A stretch of 64,000 nt of DNA, taken from positions 56,482,001-56,546,000 of the forward strand of contig CM059429.1 in NCBI GenBank assembly GCA_030390025.1, read 5' to 3'. Position 1 is the first letter of the stretch. Each line of letters opens with the position of its first letter. The position numbers and the translations under genes were made by a program. Of the stretch, positions 63,282 to 64,000 are shown piece by piece. Below the pieces are notes generated by a model, which was not told the origin of the DNA, searched no databases, and worked only from the letters and a program-made list of their open reading frames with translations. Source of the DNA: Squalus acanthias (Eukaryota).

Positions 63282-64000
63282 GTGTCTTCTTCCTAATCTG
63301 GAGGAATTTATCATGATGTAAATTCAAGGAATCAGCCCCTTGCTATTTAACACCATCTTTTGTTCTTCTGGTGCTCTCCACATACGTGGTCACTGGTGTA
63401 TCAATGATTCACCATTCTCGAAGGTAAATATCAGTTTCAAAACCATTTTAATGAGTCTCCACTGTGCTACCAATTTACTAGCACAATGTAAGGACTCCAA
63501 CCTTGCTCCAAAATTGACAGTATTTTAAAAAAAATCAGAATATCTCTCTACCTATCTGAAGATTAGTTGGTAAATAGTTAAATATATATGACTTCATTCT
63601 TTCCTTTCCCTTATGTTACGTGTAATTACTTTGGCGTGTATCTTGGATGTAACTGCTGTAGGAAAATAGTACTACCAAACCTGATATCCCTATTTAAACT
63701 CCATTGCATTCCTGCAATTTTTGGATTATTTTCTTGATTGGTGAGCGTGTTTGATTTTTCTGAAAGGATACATCTTTCGAGTTTTCTTTTTACATATTGT
63801 TAGTAACAGTGAGCCTGATTAATTTCATTAATATACACCATCCACTCTGGATGTTTTTCTTTTAAGTTATTTTTCTCAACAATTTTCTTCCTTCCTCTGC
63901 TCAAGGCTTCTTGCGGGGTTATGGCTCCACAGACTCTGCCCACCTTCCTGTACCTTACCAAATGCCATTGTTCATATGTGTGTCTTGACCGTGACTGTTG

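Overview
Vertebrate nuclear DNA, most likely a shark or other cartilaginous fish (inferred from its CR1/HER1 LINE, Deu-SINE and Penelope repeat content). It contains one clear host gene, a single-exon RING + 2-TM E3 ligase resembling RNF228 (18345-19124 +), set in dense transposon sequence. Highlights: (1) A decayed lokiretrovirus-like endogenous retrovirus (428-7203, -) with coiled-coil/CCHC gag, PR-RT-tether-RNaseH-IN pol, an env stump and a tRNA-Arg PBS. Its two 'LTRs' do not match each other but look like the complementary U3 and R-U5 halves of ONE LTR, i.e. an apparently circularly permuted (1-LTR-circle-type) insertion. (2) A three-level nest, CR1 LINE > Penelope insertion forming a ~500 bp near-perfect inverted repeat with hammerhead motifs > an apparently intact two-gene Harbinger transposon (386 aa DDE transposase + spliced 455 aa Myb/SANT protein). 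(3) Three copies of a second Harbinger family: two lost the transposase by different internal deletions, and one is interrupted by a 1.6 kb solo LTR and a LINE. (4) Several Tourist-like MITEs. All calls were made by eye; no database searches were run.
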